DNA of 64,000 nucleotides from a virus (lineage: Duplodnaviria; Caudoviricetes). The notes under the pieces were generated by a model. It saw nothing but the letters and a program-made list of their open reading frames with translations. It was not told the origin of the DNA and searched no databases. This document shows, piece by piece, positions 48,423 through 58,059 of this stretch. A program made the position numbers and the translations under genes. The stretch lies in IMG/VR virus record IMGVR_UViG_3300037400_003286, one strand, 5' to 3'. Positions within the stretch are counted from its first letter, which is position 1. Every line of letters starts with the position of its first letter.

Positions 48423-50040
48423 TAAAAAGATAGAGGGTGAATTCTACACCCCAGAACTGTTTGCCAACTTCGCTCATAAGATACTTGAAAAGCATTTTGG
48501 TAAGAACTGGTATAATGAATATTATGTCTGGGATCCAGCATGGGGTATAGGAAACCTGACAAAATCAAAGAAATTCAAACATCTGTATGCATCTACGTTA
48601 CATCAAAGTGACATAGATGCATCTGATGCTAATAAAGAAGCTGAAAAATTTCAGTTCGATTTCCTTAATGATCCTATCAAGTCGTTGTTCGGATTACATA
48701 TTCCACAAGGATTATATTACGCTTTGACTAACAACAAGCCTATTATATTCCTTATGAATCCTCCATATGCAGCACCTAATGATTTCAAGGATGGATTCAA
48801 GGACGTATCGATAAACACATACACCCAATCATTCATGGGTGATATGAAATATGCAAAACAGAATCTTTTCTCACAGTTCCTGTATAGAATAATGATGCTT
48901 AAGAATTCATATAATCTTACAAATTGTAACATATGTGTTTTCTCAAGTTCTGTTTTCATGTCTGGATCTGGATATGAGAAATTCAGAAAATCATTCCTTG
49001 AGTCTTTCCATTTCATAGATGGCTACCTGTTCAATGCTTCGTATTTCGATGAATGTTCTAAGAGATGGGGTATAAGTCTTTCTGTCTGGAAATCTGGTGA
49101 AGGTGAAAACAAACATGATTTCAAACATCATCTTATTGATGTAAAGAACGGAAAGGTCGAGATAATAGGATCAAAGATTATTTATAATATTGACGGAGAA
49201 AACAGTTTCAGAAATTTCTGTAAGGAAGCTCTAAGAGGAAAGAAGACATATCCGACAATAACACTGAAGAATCCAATAACAGTTGGAACGAAGGATGGAT
49301 CCATGATGACAACAGATGCTATAGGATTCTATGTCAATGCAAGCAATAATGTATATAAGTCATTGCAGCAATGTTATTTCCTCAGCACAGCACCAGACAA
49401 TGTTCTTTCTGGATTCTCTGTAACAAAGGAGAATTTCCTTCCAGTCTGTGCGAATTTCGCATCCAGGAAGGTTATAACTAACAACTGGATAAACAACAAG
49501 GATGAATTCCTTGCACCTGTTATAACTGAGGAAAACCACGAATTGTGGGCAGAATTCATATCAGACAGTATCGTTTATTCAATGTTCAATGCAGCAAGTT
49601 GCCAGAGTGCAATGCAACCTGTATCATGGAAAGGATATGACTACAAGATAAAGAATGCTTTCTTCTTTATGGGAAGAAAGGAGATGATGGAGCTTGCTGG
49701 TACATATGAGTATTATGATATGATCAAGACAACATTCGATGATGAAGACAGATATGCATATGAATTGCTTGAAGGAAAGGTAGGAGAGAAACTTAGCAAT
49801 GAAGGAAAAGTCGTACTTGATTATGCAAGAAACCTTTTATCTGATTCAATGAAAGATCGATCTTCTTTCAACACAGAACATCCAGAACTTCATATCATGT
49901 GCTGGGATGCTGGATATTATCAATTAAGACCATTATGGAAGCAATATTATCCAGAGAGATTGAAGGAATTCAGGTCATTGTATAAGAAACTTGCTAGCAA
50001 ATTGAGAAAACAGGTATATGCGCTTGGTATATTAGAGTGA
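48415..50040 (+). CDS. N6-adenine DNA methyltransferase (gamma class, Type IIG-like, no obvious nuclease domain)
   Basis: GEFYTP, VWDPAWGIGNL (SAM-binding), MNPPY. Confidence 0.8.
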   Translation: MSNKKIEGEFYTPELFANFAHKILEKHFGKNWYNEYYVWDPAWGIGNLTKSKKFKHLYASTLHQSDIDASDANKEAEKFQFDFLNDPIKSLFGLHIPQGLYYALTNNKPIIFLMNPPYAAPNDFKDGFKDVSINTYTQSFMGDMKYAKQNLFSQFLYRIMMLKNSYNLTNCNICVFSSSVFMSGSGYEKFRKSFLESFHFIDGYLFNASYFDECSKRWGISLSVWKSGEGENKHDFKHHLIDVKNGKVEIIGSKIIYNIDGENSFRNFCKEALRGKKTYPTITLKNPITVGTKDGSMMTTDAIGFYVNASNNVYKSLQQCYFLSTAPDNVLSGFSVTKENFLPVCANFASRKVITNNWINNKDEFLAPVITEENHELWAEFISDSIVYSMFNAASCQSAMQPVSWKGYDYKIKNAFFFMGRKEMMELAGTYEYYDMIKTTFDDEDRYAYELLEGKVGEKLSNEGKVVLDYARNLLSDSMKDRSSFNTEHPELHIMCWDAGYYQLRPLWKQYYPERLKEFRSLYKKLASKLRKQVYALGILE

Positions 50041-50122
50041 CGCTATGATACACTGATGAATAATATTATTATTTTAATAATTTCATTTATTAAAAATAAA
50101 TATAAAAAATATAATTTGTAGA

Positions 50123-50989
50123 ATGTTTATAATACAAAAGAAATCACATTCTGTTAATGTTCTGTTTGAAAATCTAGAAGATCAAAACGATAATTTTAAT
50201 TTCGAAATAATAAAATTTTCTAGTTCAATTTTCTCAAATGAGTGTAAAAGAAGATTTGGTGTAAATTTTTCTAAAGATCAAACACCACAAGATATTATGT
50301 TTTTTGTTATACCCTCCGAGAAATTAGACATAAATAAAATCATGGTTAGAGTTTTTTGTATTGTTAAATTTACAGCTAAAGATGGAAAAGAATATAGATT
50401 ATTGTATTATACATCAAGTGGATCTGGTGGAAAAAATATAGAAAACAAATGGTATCCAGTTTTTGGTATATATGATGATGGAGACATGCGTTGGATTATA
50501 AAGACAAACGGAAAAGACATGGAAAATAAAATAAATGGAAAATCTGCTCCATATGGTATAAGAGAACTTGGAATAATAAAAGATTTCCTAGATCTTAAAT
50601 ACGATCCAAAAATGTTTGAAAGCTATTGGAAAAAATATGTTGTATTTGGATGTAAAGTTCAAAAAATAATTATAGAAAATCTTAATAAAATATATACCGA
50701 TGAAGAATTAAAAAAATCTGGAATAACGAATATATTTGAAGCTGATAAAAAATTTTTTCCATTTGATAAACTTATAAATGATAAGACGAATGCATTTTTC
50801 TGTCTTGATAATAAATATGGTCCTTGGAATAAGAAATATTATGTTTCTGGAGATTTTAATGAATTACTTATTGATATAGCATATAATTTTTTAAAAATTG
50901 AAACAGAAAAATATTTTAAAGGAACAATATATGATAAATCATCTAAATGTGCGAAAGATAGAATTAATTTTATAAAATCTAAATTATAA
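50123..50989 (+). CDS. AT-rich hypothetical late protein with an LFEN leader
   Basis: AATAAATA at 50095; visibly lower GC than flanking genes. Confidence 0.55.
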   Translation: MFIIQKKSHSVNVLFENLEDQNDNFNFEIIKFSSSIFSNECKRRFGVNFSKDQTPQDIMFFVIPSEKLDINKIMVRVFCIVKFTAKDGKEYRLLYYTSSGSGGKNIENKWYPVFGIYDDGDMRWIIKTNGKDMENKINGKSAPYGIRELGIIKDFLDLKYDPKMFESYWKKYVVFGCKVQKIIIENLNKIYTDEELKKSGITNIFEADKKFFPFDKLINDKTNAFFCLDNKYGPWNKKYYVSGDFNELLIDIAYNFLKIETEKYFKGTIYDKSSKCAKDRINFIKSKL

Positions 50990-51093
50990 GATAAAGATAA
51001 AAAATAACTTGTAATAGTAAAGTGAACTAACTCTTCAGTCTTTGCGAAATTGAAATTTTAGAATTAATTATAAATGTGAGAATTTTCTAACCT

Positions 51094-51885
51094 TTATCTA
51101 TATTTTTGCATCTGCATACTGCTTTCCATAAACTTAAAATCTTTATAATATATTTCTGATTGCTTAAAATTTGAAAGAACCCATACACTGAAAATCCTTT
51201 CTTGCAGGAATCCACCTATCAGCATATGATACTCTATAGGCTTTAATCTTAATACGATTGATGTATAATTCAGTTTATTTGAAACATACCATTTCAGAAT
51301 ATCTCTATTTAAGAAATTCATACGTATAGCATATGCGTTTAATATAGAGAATAAGAATTCGCAATATCTGCAATATTCACTATATGGAAGTATATATGAA
51401 GATGAGAAGAAAAGTGCATTGCTTTTGTTAAATATTTCATTAAATGCCTTTGAATATAATGGCTGTATTTCATAAAATATACTTTCAAAAGCATCTATGT
51501 TTATATAAGGATGGCATTTTTCTATATGTTTTTTCAACGATAATCCAAGAATCATAGGTTTGTTACATATGATCTTATGTTCATTAAATATGGTATCGAA
51601 ATTAAAATTCTCGTCGAATTGAAGTCTTCTTCTATATTGACATTGACCTATGTATTTTGTCTTAGGTGCATTTTTCCATATCCAGTATGTTCCTGTTGTT
51701 TCACTATAATAAAAATTCTTGTCTGATATGTTATCACCTGTATTGTCTTTAAGATCGCATACATCTACTTTATTACTTGCTGCACCACATTGTAATGGCG
51801 TATACAATGAGTTATCCCATAACCCATAGTTTACCTTGTTATAAGCAAGTTCATAGATTTGAATGTCATCTCTTTTCTGTATCAT
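51094..51885 (-). CDS. DUF4422-like putative glycosyltransferase
   Basis: PLQCGA, DNTGDNISDKNFYYSETTGTYWIWKN, QYRR, GFLQERIFSVW. Confidence 0.75.
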   Translation of the reverse strand: MIQKRDDIQIYELAYNKVNYGLWDNSLYTPLQCGAASNKVDVCDLKDNTGDNISDKNFYYSETTGTYWIWKNAPKTKYIGQCQYRRRLQFDENFNFDTIFNEHKIICNKPMILGLSLKKHIEKCHPYINIDAFESIFYEIQPLYSKAFNEIFNKSNALFFSSSYILPYSEYCRYCEFLFSILNAYAIRMNFLNRDILKWYVSNKLNYTSIVLRLKPIEYHMLIGGFLQERIFSVWVLSNFKQSEIYYKDFKFMESSMQMQKYR

Positions 51886-51929
51886 ATAAAATTTTTTAAT
51901 TGTGATTTATTTATTTGTTTCAAAAATAA

Positions 51930-52002
51930 GTTGTATATTTGCAACGTGATATGATATATATAAAATAATCATTAAGATAACTTTAACGTATAATAATATA
52001 AA
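51930..52002 (+). promoter_or_regulatory. Tandem class I (51930-51943) and class II (51966-52002) promoters for the helicase operon
   Basis: GTTGTATATTTGCA; TAATCATT-N13-CGTATAATAATATAAA. Confidence 0.75.
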
Positions 52003-52017
52003 GATATAAATTGATAA

Positions 52018-53595
52018 ATGGCGAGTAATAACACGTTTATACAAAATGTCTATTATCATTACATATTATCAGAACCGTCCCTTGTAACCAGGTTTGAGCC
52101 AGATTTTTTCTCTGCCAAACCTGTTCAGTATGCTTTCAAGCTTGCAAAGGACTATGCTGTAAAGTATCATCAGGCTCCTACTGTAGATCAGCTTAAACAG
52201 CTTGTTATCGAGAATAACATGCAGGATGTTCTACAGGATGATGTTATTGATGTTCTGTATGCCCAGAGACAAATGTTGTCACAATATACTGATGAATGGT
52301 TATATGATGAGACAACAAACTGGGCTATACTTGAGAATGTCAAGAAATCAATCGTTGATGCTGCTGCATACCTTAAGCTTAACCAGGATGAGATGGAATC
52401 TGGAAATGCAAAGCAGATTGTTGAACACATTAAGACCATGTTCAATAGATCCTGTGTTCTTGAATTCTCTGATGATCTTGAGACTGGATCTGATTTCTGG
52501 GATGCTGAAAGTCACAAGCAGAAGAAACTTATAAGGTCATCATTAGGATATGATTTCATTGATTTCTGTCTTAATGGCGGTGGATTCCCAGGTGCTTTGA
52601 TATGTTTTGCTGGTGCTCCGAAGACTGGTAAGTCCCTTTGGCTACAGAACATTTGTGTCAAGTCTGTAGAGAAGGGTGAAAACAATGCGTATATTACGCT
52701 TGAGCTTCCAGAGGAGATGGTAATATCACGTATGGGTGCTAATATGTTCTCCATACCTTCACTTGAATATGATAAGTATACAAAGGATACTATAGAGTTC
52801 AAGGAGAAGATGACAAGGTACAGAAAGTCAAAGCTTGTCAAGCCTGGTGCTCTTATAGTAAAGGATTTCCCGACATCAACACTTAGCGTTATTGAACTTG
52901 AGAGTTATCTTCTTGCTAAGGAGGAGGAACTTTCTACTGAAGGTCATCCGTTCAAGTTCAAGAATATCTTCATTGACTATCTGAATATCATGAAGAATTA
53001 CAGAAATCCTAATTCAGAGAACACATACATGAAAATCAAGCAGATTGCAGAGGATCTTCGTGCTATGGGTAAGAAGAATGGATGGTGTATCATTACAGCG
53101 ACACAGACTAACCGTTCACAGTTCGATACAAATGACATCAATGCTAGCCAGATTTCAGAGTCTGCTGGCCTTGGTGCTACCGTAGATGCTATGTTCGGTA
53201 TTATTGCTGATGCACTTATGCTCGCACAGGGTAAGTATTATCTGAAGTGTATATATGACCGTGTATCACCTCAGGCTAATAAGAAGAAACTGTTTGACTG
53301 CAACTTCAATTTCCTAAGAATTTCAGAGGATGCGACAGAGGGTATCATTGATACTGCACTTATCAGTCCTGTTGATTCAAGCAACAAATTCATCAGGGGT
53401 GCTGCAAAACAGAGAAGCAAGATCGATCAGAAGTTCGCACCAGGTGCTGTTGATAAACCAGCAGATGAACCAAATCAGGCACATAATCTTGTTGATGTTG
53501 TTGTGCCACAGGCGGTGAAGGAGAATACAATTGCCTCGCCATTTATTAAAGTAAAAGGACAGGGACTGTTCGATCAAAACAAAACAACAGTATAA
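52018..53595 (+). CDS. gp41: gp41/DnaB-like replicative helicase
   Basis: AGAPKTGKS, YITLEL, IFIDYLNIM, TATQTNR, ISESAG. Confidence 0.9.
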   Translation: MASNNTFIQNVYYHYILSEPSLVTRFEPDFFSAKPVQYAFKLAKDYAVKYHQAPTVDQLKQLVIENNMQDVLQDDVIDVLYAQRQMLSQYTDEWLYDETTNWAILENVKKSIVDAAAYLKLNQDEMESGNAKQIVEHIKTMFNRSCVLEFSDDLETGSDFWDAESHKQKKLIRSSLGYDFIDFCLNGGGFPGALICFAGAPKTGKSLWLQNICVKSVEKGENNAYITLELPEEMVISRMGANMFSIPSLEYDKYTKDTIEFKEKMTRYRKSKLVKPGALIVKDFPTSTLSVIELESYLLAKEEELSTEGHPFKFKNIFIDYLNIMKNYRNPNSENTYMKIKQIAEDLRAMGKKNGWCIITATQTNRSQFDTNDINASQISESAGLGATVDAMFGIIADALMLAQGKYYLKCIYDRVSPQANKKKLFDCNFNFLRISEDATEGIIDTALISPVDSSNKFIRGAAKQRSKIDQKFAPGAVDKPADEPNQAHNLVDVVVPQAVKENTIASPFIKVKGQGLFDQNKTTV

Positions 53596-53597
53596 TT

Positions 53598-54125
53598 ATG
53601 CTGGAAGATAAAATATTTGAAAACTCGTTTGATAAAGTCGAGTATGGCGTAGAGAGAACCACACAAGCGTCTATACAGATATCCCCGTTTGTGGAAAAGC
53701 AATATGAAGAAAGCGTATCAGAAAACATAGACGAGATTTATACAAGACGCAGGCTTATGCAACTTATGTATGAACTGTATCTCAAATCAGAATTTTTCGA
53801 TAAGTACGGTCAGAAACAACATGTGGATGCAAGTAAGGATTCAAGTACATTGAACTATGAGGATCTTGTCTATAATCCAGTTGTCAAGAAAGTTGAGCGT
53901 GGTGATCTTTTTAAGATTTATTATCATTTCAAGGATGAACTACAAAAGCAGCACGAATTCTCAATCATACAGATTTTCTGTACTATCGCTGAATTCTTTG
54001 ATTTGAACTACAAGACATTATATAACGATATTCTTACGCTTGAGGATAAGGTTAATATATTGGAACACCTTGAGAAAGAATACGGTTTGGATAAACATTT
54101 TGCAAGATCAAAAGCATTATTCTAA
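53598..54125 (+). CDS. Hypothetical protein, C-terminal part weakly gp33 (late co-activator)-like
   Basis: Helical C-terminus IAEFFDLNYKTLY..LEDKVNIL; resemblance is weak. Confidence 0.3.
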   Translation: MLEDKIFENSFDKVEYGVERTTQASIQISPFVEKQYEESVSENIDEIYTRRRLMQLMYELYLKSEFFDKYGQKQHVDASKDSSTLNYEDLVYNPVVKKVERGDLFKIYYHFKDELQKQHEFSIIQIFCTIAEFFDLNYKTLYNDILTLEDKVNILEHLEKEYGLDKHFARSKALF

Positions 54126-55249
54126 TGGCAAGAACAAAAACAAAAGATCCGTTTGATCAGATTATATTCATATCAGACGTACATTTCGGAAAAGGATCTA
54201 TAGAATGGCTACAGAATATGAAGGATTATTTCGATAATTTCTTCATACCTTTTGTACGTCAGCAGAAGAAGTCACATAATCCTTGTGTCGTAATAGCTGG
54301 TGATTACTTCGACAACAGACAGAGTATCGATATTAACGTTCTTAACGTTGCCATTGATACTATGAAGGATATAGCAAAAGAGTGTCAGGTTTATGTTGTA
54401 ATAGGAAACCATGACATATACAAGAAATGTGAAACAGACGTTACATCATTGAAACCATTCGATGATGTTGAAAACGTATATCTTATATATGATCAATATG
54501 AACTCATTCTAAAGGATGATAAGAAAGTATTGCTTGTATCCTGGGTTGGTGATTTCAAGAAAGAGAATAAGATTATTGCAGAGAACAAAGATAAGTATGA
54601 TCTTCTTGTTTTCCATACTGAGCTTTCTGGAATGACGTATGATAACAACAGACCGATTATCAACGGACTTAATCTTGATGTTGTCGATGATGATAAGATT
54701 GTTTCTGGACACATTCACAAGAGACAGGAATCAAAGAAGGGAATATATCTTGGCTCACCTTATCATATGACAAGATCAGATATAGGAAACAGAAAGGGTA
54801 TATATACTTTCACTGTAGACAATGGAAACCTTGTAAGGTCTTTCTACGAAAACACATACTCTCCAGAATATGTTCTGAAGAGATTTTCTGATATTGGTAG
54901 GAACCCAGAGGACTGGAAGGATATTGTAGCTAACAATTATATGTATATTGTCTTTACGAGTGAGGAACTTGAAGTTGTCAATACTGAGAAATTCATCAAC
55001 GAACTCAGACAATATAAACCAAAGAATATAGAGTTAATCGAGGAAAGAACAAAGGTTGATCTTAATTCACAGCAGGTGACTGTAAACGAAGACGGTGAAG
55101 TGATCGATCTTAATGTAAAACCTGATGCTACAGTCGAGGAAATATTTGAAGTCAAGTTACAGGCATTCAAACTAAAGAAGAAAGAGCAGAAGGAGATAAA
55201 CAAGATTAATATTGAATACTTAAAGAGAGCAGCAGAAGAATTAGCATGA
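54125..55249 (+). CDS. gp47: gp47/Mre11/SbcD-like nuclease
   Basis: SDVHFG, AGDYFD, GNHD, SGHIH, YLGSP. Confidence 0.9.
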   Translation: MARTKTKDPFDQIIFISDVHFGKGSIEWLQNMKDYFDNFFIPFVRQQKKSHNPCVVIAGDYFDNRQSIDINVLNVAIDTMKDIAKECQVYVVIGNHDIYKKCETDVTSLKPFDDVENVYLIYDQYELILKDDKKVLLVSWVGDFKKENKIIAENKDKYDLLVFHTELSGMTYDNNRPIINGLNLDVVDDDKIVSGHIHKRQESKKGIYLGSPYHMTRSDIGNRKGIYTFTVDNGNLVRSFYENTYSPEYVLKRFSDIGRNPEDWKDIVANNYMYIVFTSEELEVVNTEKFINELRQYKPKNIELIEERTKVDLNSQQVTVNEDGEVIDLNVKPDATVEEIFEVKLQAFKLKKKEQKEINKINIEYLKRAAEELA

Positions 55250-56928
55250 AAATAGTAAAGTTACAATGGAGAAACATATTCAGTTATGGTGACGATATAA
55301 CTGAAATCGAATTCAGTGATGAAGGAAAGCTTTGGCAGTTGTCTGGAAAATCTGGATCTGGAAAGAGCAGCCTTTTGTCAATACCTAAGCTGTTGCTTTT
55401 CGGAAAGACTGAAGGTGGTGACGGTAAGCCAGTAGATATGGCTGACATTTCAAACTGGCTTAACAAGAAAGGATGGATTTGCGGTACAATAGTAAAGAAT
55501 AACGATACTTATGTAATCGAAAGAACATTCTCCCCTTCAGCATTGACTATAACAAAAAACGGTGAACCTCTTGACAAGGCTGGTGTAAAGAATATGCAAG
55601 GTATTATAGATACAGAAATCATGGATAATATGCCTTACAATATCTTTGCCAATGTTATGAGTCTTTCTCTTAATAACTTCAAGTCTTTCATTTCAATGTC
55701 ACCAGCAGACAAAAGACTTATTATTGACAAGATATTCTCTCTTGAGATCATTAACAAGGTATATGAACTTGTCAGGAAGGATATGAAGGATTTGGGCAAT
55801 TCCATCAATATAAGCAATTCCCAGATTTATTCGTTGGACCAAACAATAAAGACATCACAGACAGAGCTTGATAACCTTAATTCAAATGTAGAGGTTGATG
55901 TTACAGAACAATTGAATGCTATAAAGCTAAAGCTTCAGAAAGTTGATCAGCTATATGCACAGCAGAATCAGATTTATACGCAACTGTATAATCAGTATAC
56001 TGAATCATATAAAATTGATCAACAGCTTCTTGTTTCAATAAATGGAGAGAATTTTGAGATAGGAAACCTTAATAAGAAGATCGATCTTTTCAACCAGGAT
56101 AAATGTCCTACTTGTGGAACATCATTTGCGTCTGATGAATTCAAGACTCTAAAGGAGGATCTTCTTAGACAACTCAAGGAAAGACAGGAAACACTGTCAT
56201 CATATAATCAGAAGCATAATGAACTTGTTGCACAGTTGAATACAATCAATACACAGATGCAGGAGGTTCAGATTAATATTCAGAAAATCAATGCAAAGAA
56301 AAACGAACTGATTACTGAATACACAAGAACAGAGGCATCAAGTTCAAATGTTCAGGAATCAACAGCAATTCAGAATATCATTAACCAGACTAACAAGACA
56401 AAAGAGGATCTGGAAAAGAGTATCGTTGAGGCTAATGAGAAAATGAAGAGACTGGAGATTATTGAAACAATGTATTCTGCTGACGGTATCAAGCAGACCA
56501 TGATGAATAACTATATTCCTACACTGAATGAGGAAATTGCCGATACATTGAATTTCTTAGGTTTCCCTTATTCACTGGAGTTTGATAATAACTTTGATCC
56601 TCATATGCAGTATCTTGGTAGAAGTATCAAACCAAAGAGCCTGAGTATTGGTGAGCATAAGAAAGTTGATTTAACTGTACTTTGTTCTCTGTTGAAGATG
56701 ATCAAGCGAAAGTATCCTCAGATTAATCTTGTGTGCCTGGATGAGACTGTTAGTTCACTCGATTATGAAAGTTCGACTGAGATTATTAAGTATCTGAAGG
56801 AAATATCAAAGGAAATGAATCTGAATATATTCATCGTTTCACACACTATGCTTGATGAGAATCTGTTCGATGAACACATCCTGGTTGAGAAAAATGCAGA
56901 ATATAGCGTACTTAATAGAGTAAAATAA
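55246..56928 (+). CDS. gp46: gp46/Rad50/SbcC-like ATPase
   Basis: GKSGSGKS, CPTCG zinc hook, LSIGE signature, LDE, IVSH. Confidence 0.92.
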   Translation: MKIVKLQWRNIFSYGDDITEIEFSDEGKLWQLSGKSGSGKSSLLSIPKLLLFGKTEGGDGKPVDMADISNWLNKKGWICGTIVKNNDTYVIERTFSPSALTITKNGEPLDKAGVKNMQGIIDTEIMDNMPYNIFANVMSLSLNNFKSFISMSPADKRLIIDKIFSLEIINKVYELVRKDMKDLGNSINISNSQIYSLDQTIKTSQTELDNLNSNVEVDVTEQLNAIKLKLQKVDQLYAQQNQIYTQLYNQYTESYKIDQQLLVSINGENFEIGNLNKKIDLFNQDKCPTCGTSFASDEFKTLKEDLLRQLKERQETLSSYNQKHNELVAQLNTINTQMQEVQINIQKINAKKNELITEYTRTEASSSNVQESTAIQNIINQTNKTKEDLEKSIVEANEKMKRLEIIETMYSADGIKQTMMNNYIPTLNEEIADTLNFLGFPYSLEFDNNFDPHMQYLGRSIKPKSLSIGEHKKVDLTVLCSLLKMIKRKYPQINLVCLDETVSSLDYESSTEIIKYLKEISKEMNLNIFIVSHTMLDENLFDEHILVEKNAEYSVLNRVK

Positions 56929-56957
56929 TCAATTTCATTTTCACATATCAAATATTA

Positions 56958-56971
56958 GTTGTATATTTGCA
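56958..56971 (+). promoter_or_regulatory. Class I promoter element
   Basis: GTTGTATATTTGCA. Confidence 0.75.
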
Positions 56972-56990
56972 ACAGTAAAGAACATAAGAA

Positions 56991-58004
56991 ATGATAAAAG
57001 AATTTAAGAATATCACAGATAAAGACCTTGCTTATATGCAGACACACAAGGTAACAGTAACAGAAAAACTGGACATGATCTATTTCAAGGTTATTATTAC
57101 GGAGTCTGGTGTTTATCCTTTGACCTCAAAGAATAAGCAAATTGGCAAAGTTGATTGTATTGTTAATTCGATTTATAAGGATATTGTAGATTTTGTTGAG
57201 AACAATATCAAATCGAAATACGATGAGTTGTACAATACATTTGGAAACTGTGAATGTGGATTCTTTTTCAAACCAGTTCCAAAGACTTGCACAATAGAAT
57301 ACGCTAACTGTATTGATAAGTTCATACTCGGAAATTTATATACATCTGTTAAGAGTATGAACGACATGGATAAATTTGCAGATATTATAAATGTAAATTC
57401 GTTGAAACCTATTTGTGAAAAGGAATGTATCTGCAAGTTTGATGATATCAATGACAGTATTGATATTGTGAACAAAATGACTGACGGAAAAACGTGGTCT
57501 GGAAACAAGATCGATCAGATTGAAGGTATCATTCTATCTTGTGGAAAGATGAACTATAAGGTTACTGTTATTGATACCACACCTGATATTGAGAAGACAA
57601 CAAAGAAACTTTATAGGGACACTATTCTTGAGAATTTCTGCCATGTAATTACTGATAATGAGAATGCTGAAGATATAATGAACTCTGAGAAAGATTATGT
57701 TAACAAAGTGTGTGACCTTTTCCTGGAGTACATTAACAAGACAAATATATTTACGAAGATGTATATAGAAGAAGAGGATCTTCTACCGCCTAATTCTGGA
57801 TACATCGGTGATATAGATTATGATTCCTTACCACCTACTGTAAAGATTGTGTGCAAGGTGAATAATACGTATAAGAATATCCTTAGAATTCTTCTAATTA
57901 CCTTCAATCGAAGTGTCTTTGATAATAAGTTCAAGAACTTTAATCCCGATACGAGAGGAAAGTTGACGTACATTTTATCGAAGATAAATAGAGAGAAGAA
58001 GTAA
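56991..58004 (+). CDS. Divergent RNA/DNA ligase-type nucleotidyltransferase-fold protein
   Basis: VTEKLDM (cf. motif I EKxDG), IEGIIL (motif IV), YKV (motif V). Confidence 0.4.
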   Translation: MIKEFKNITDKDLAYMQTHKVTVTEKLDMIYFKVIITESGVYPLTSKNKQIGKVDCIVNSIYKDIVDFVENNIKSKYDELYNTFGNCECGFFFKPVPKTCTIEYANCIDKFILGNLYTSVKSMNDMDKFADIINVNSLKPICEKECICKFDDINDSIDIVNKMTDGKTWSGNKIDQIEGIILSCGKMNYKVTVIDTTPDIEKTTKKLYRDTILENFCHVITDNENAEDIMNSEKDYVNKVCDLFLEYINKTNIFTKMYIEEEDLLPPNSGYIGDIDYDSLPPTVKIVCKVNNTYKNILRILLITFNRSVFDNKFKNFNPDTRGKLTYILSKINREKK

Positions 58005-58059
58005 TCAAAGAATTACAACGAATATTAACATTAAAAACAAAATTAAAAGAATTAAAATT

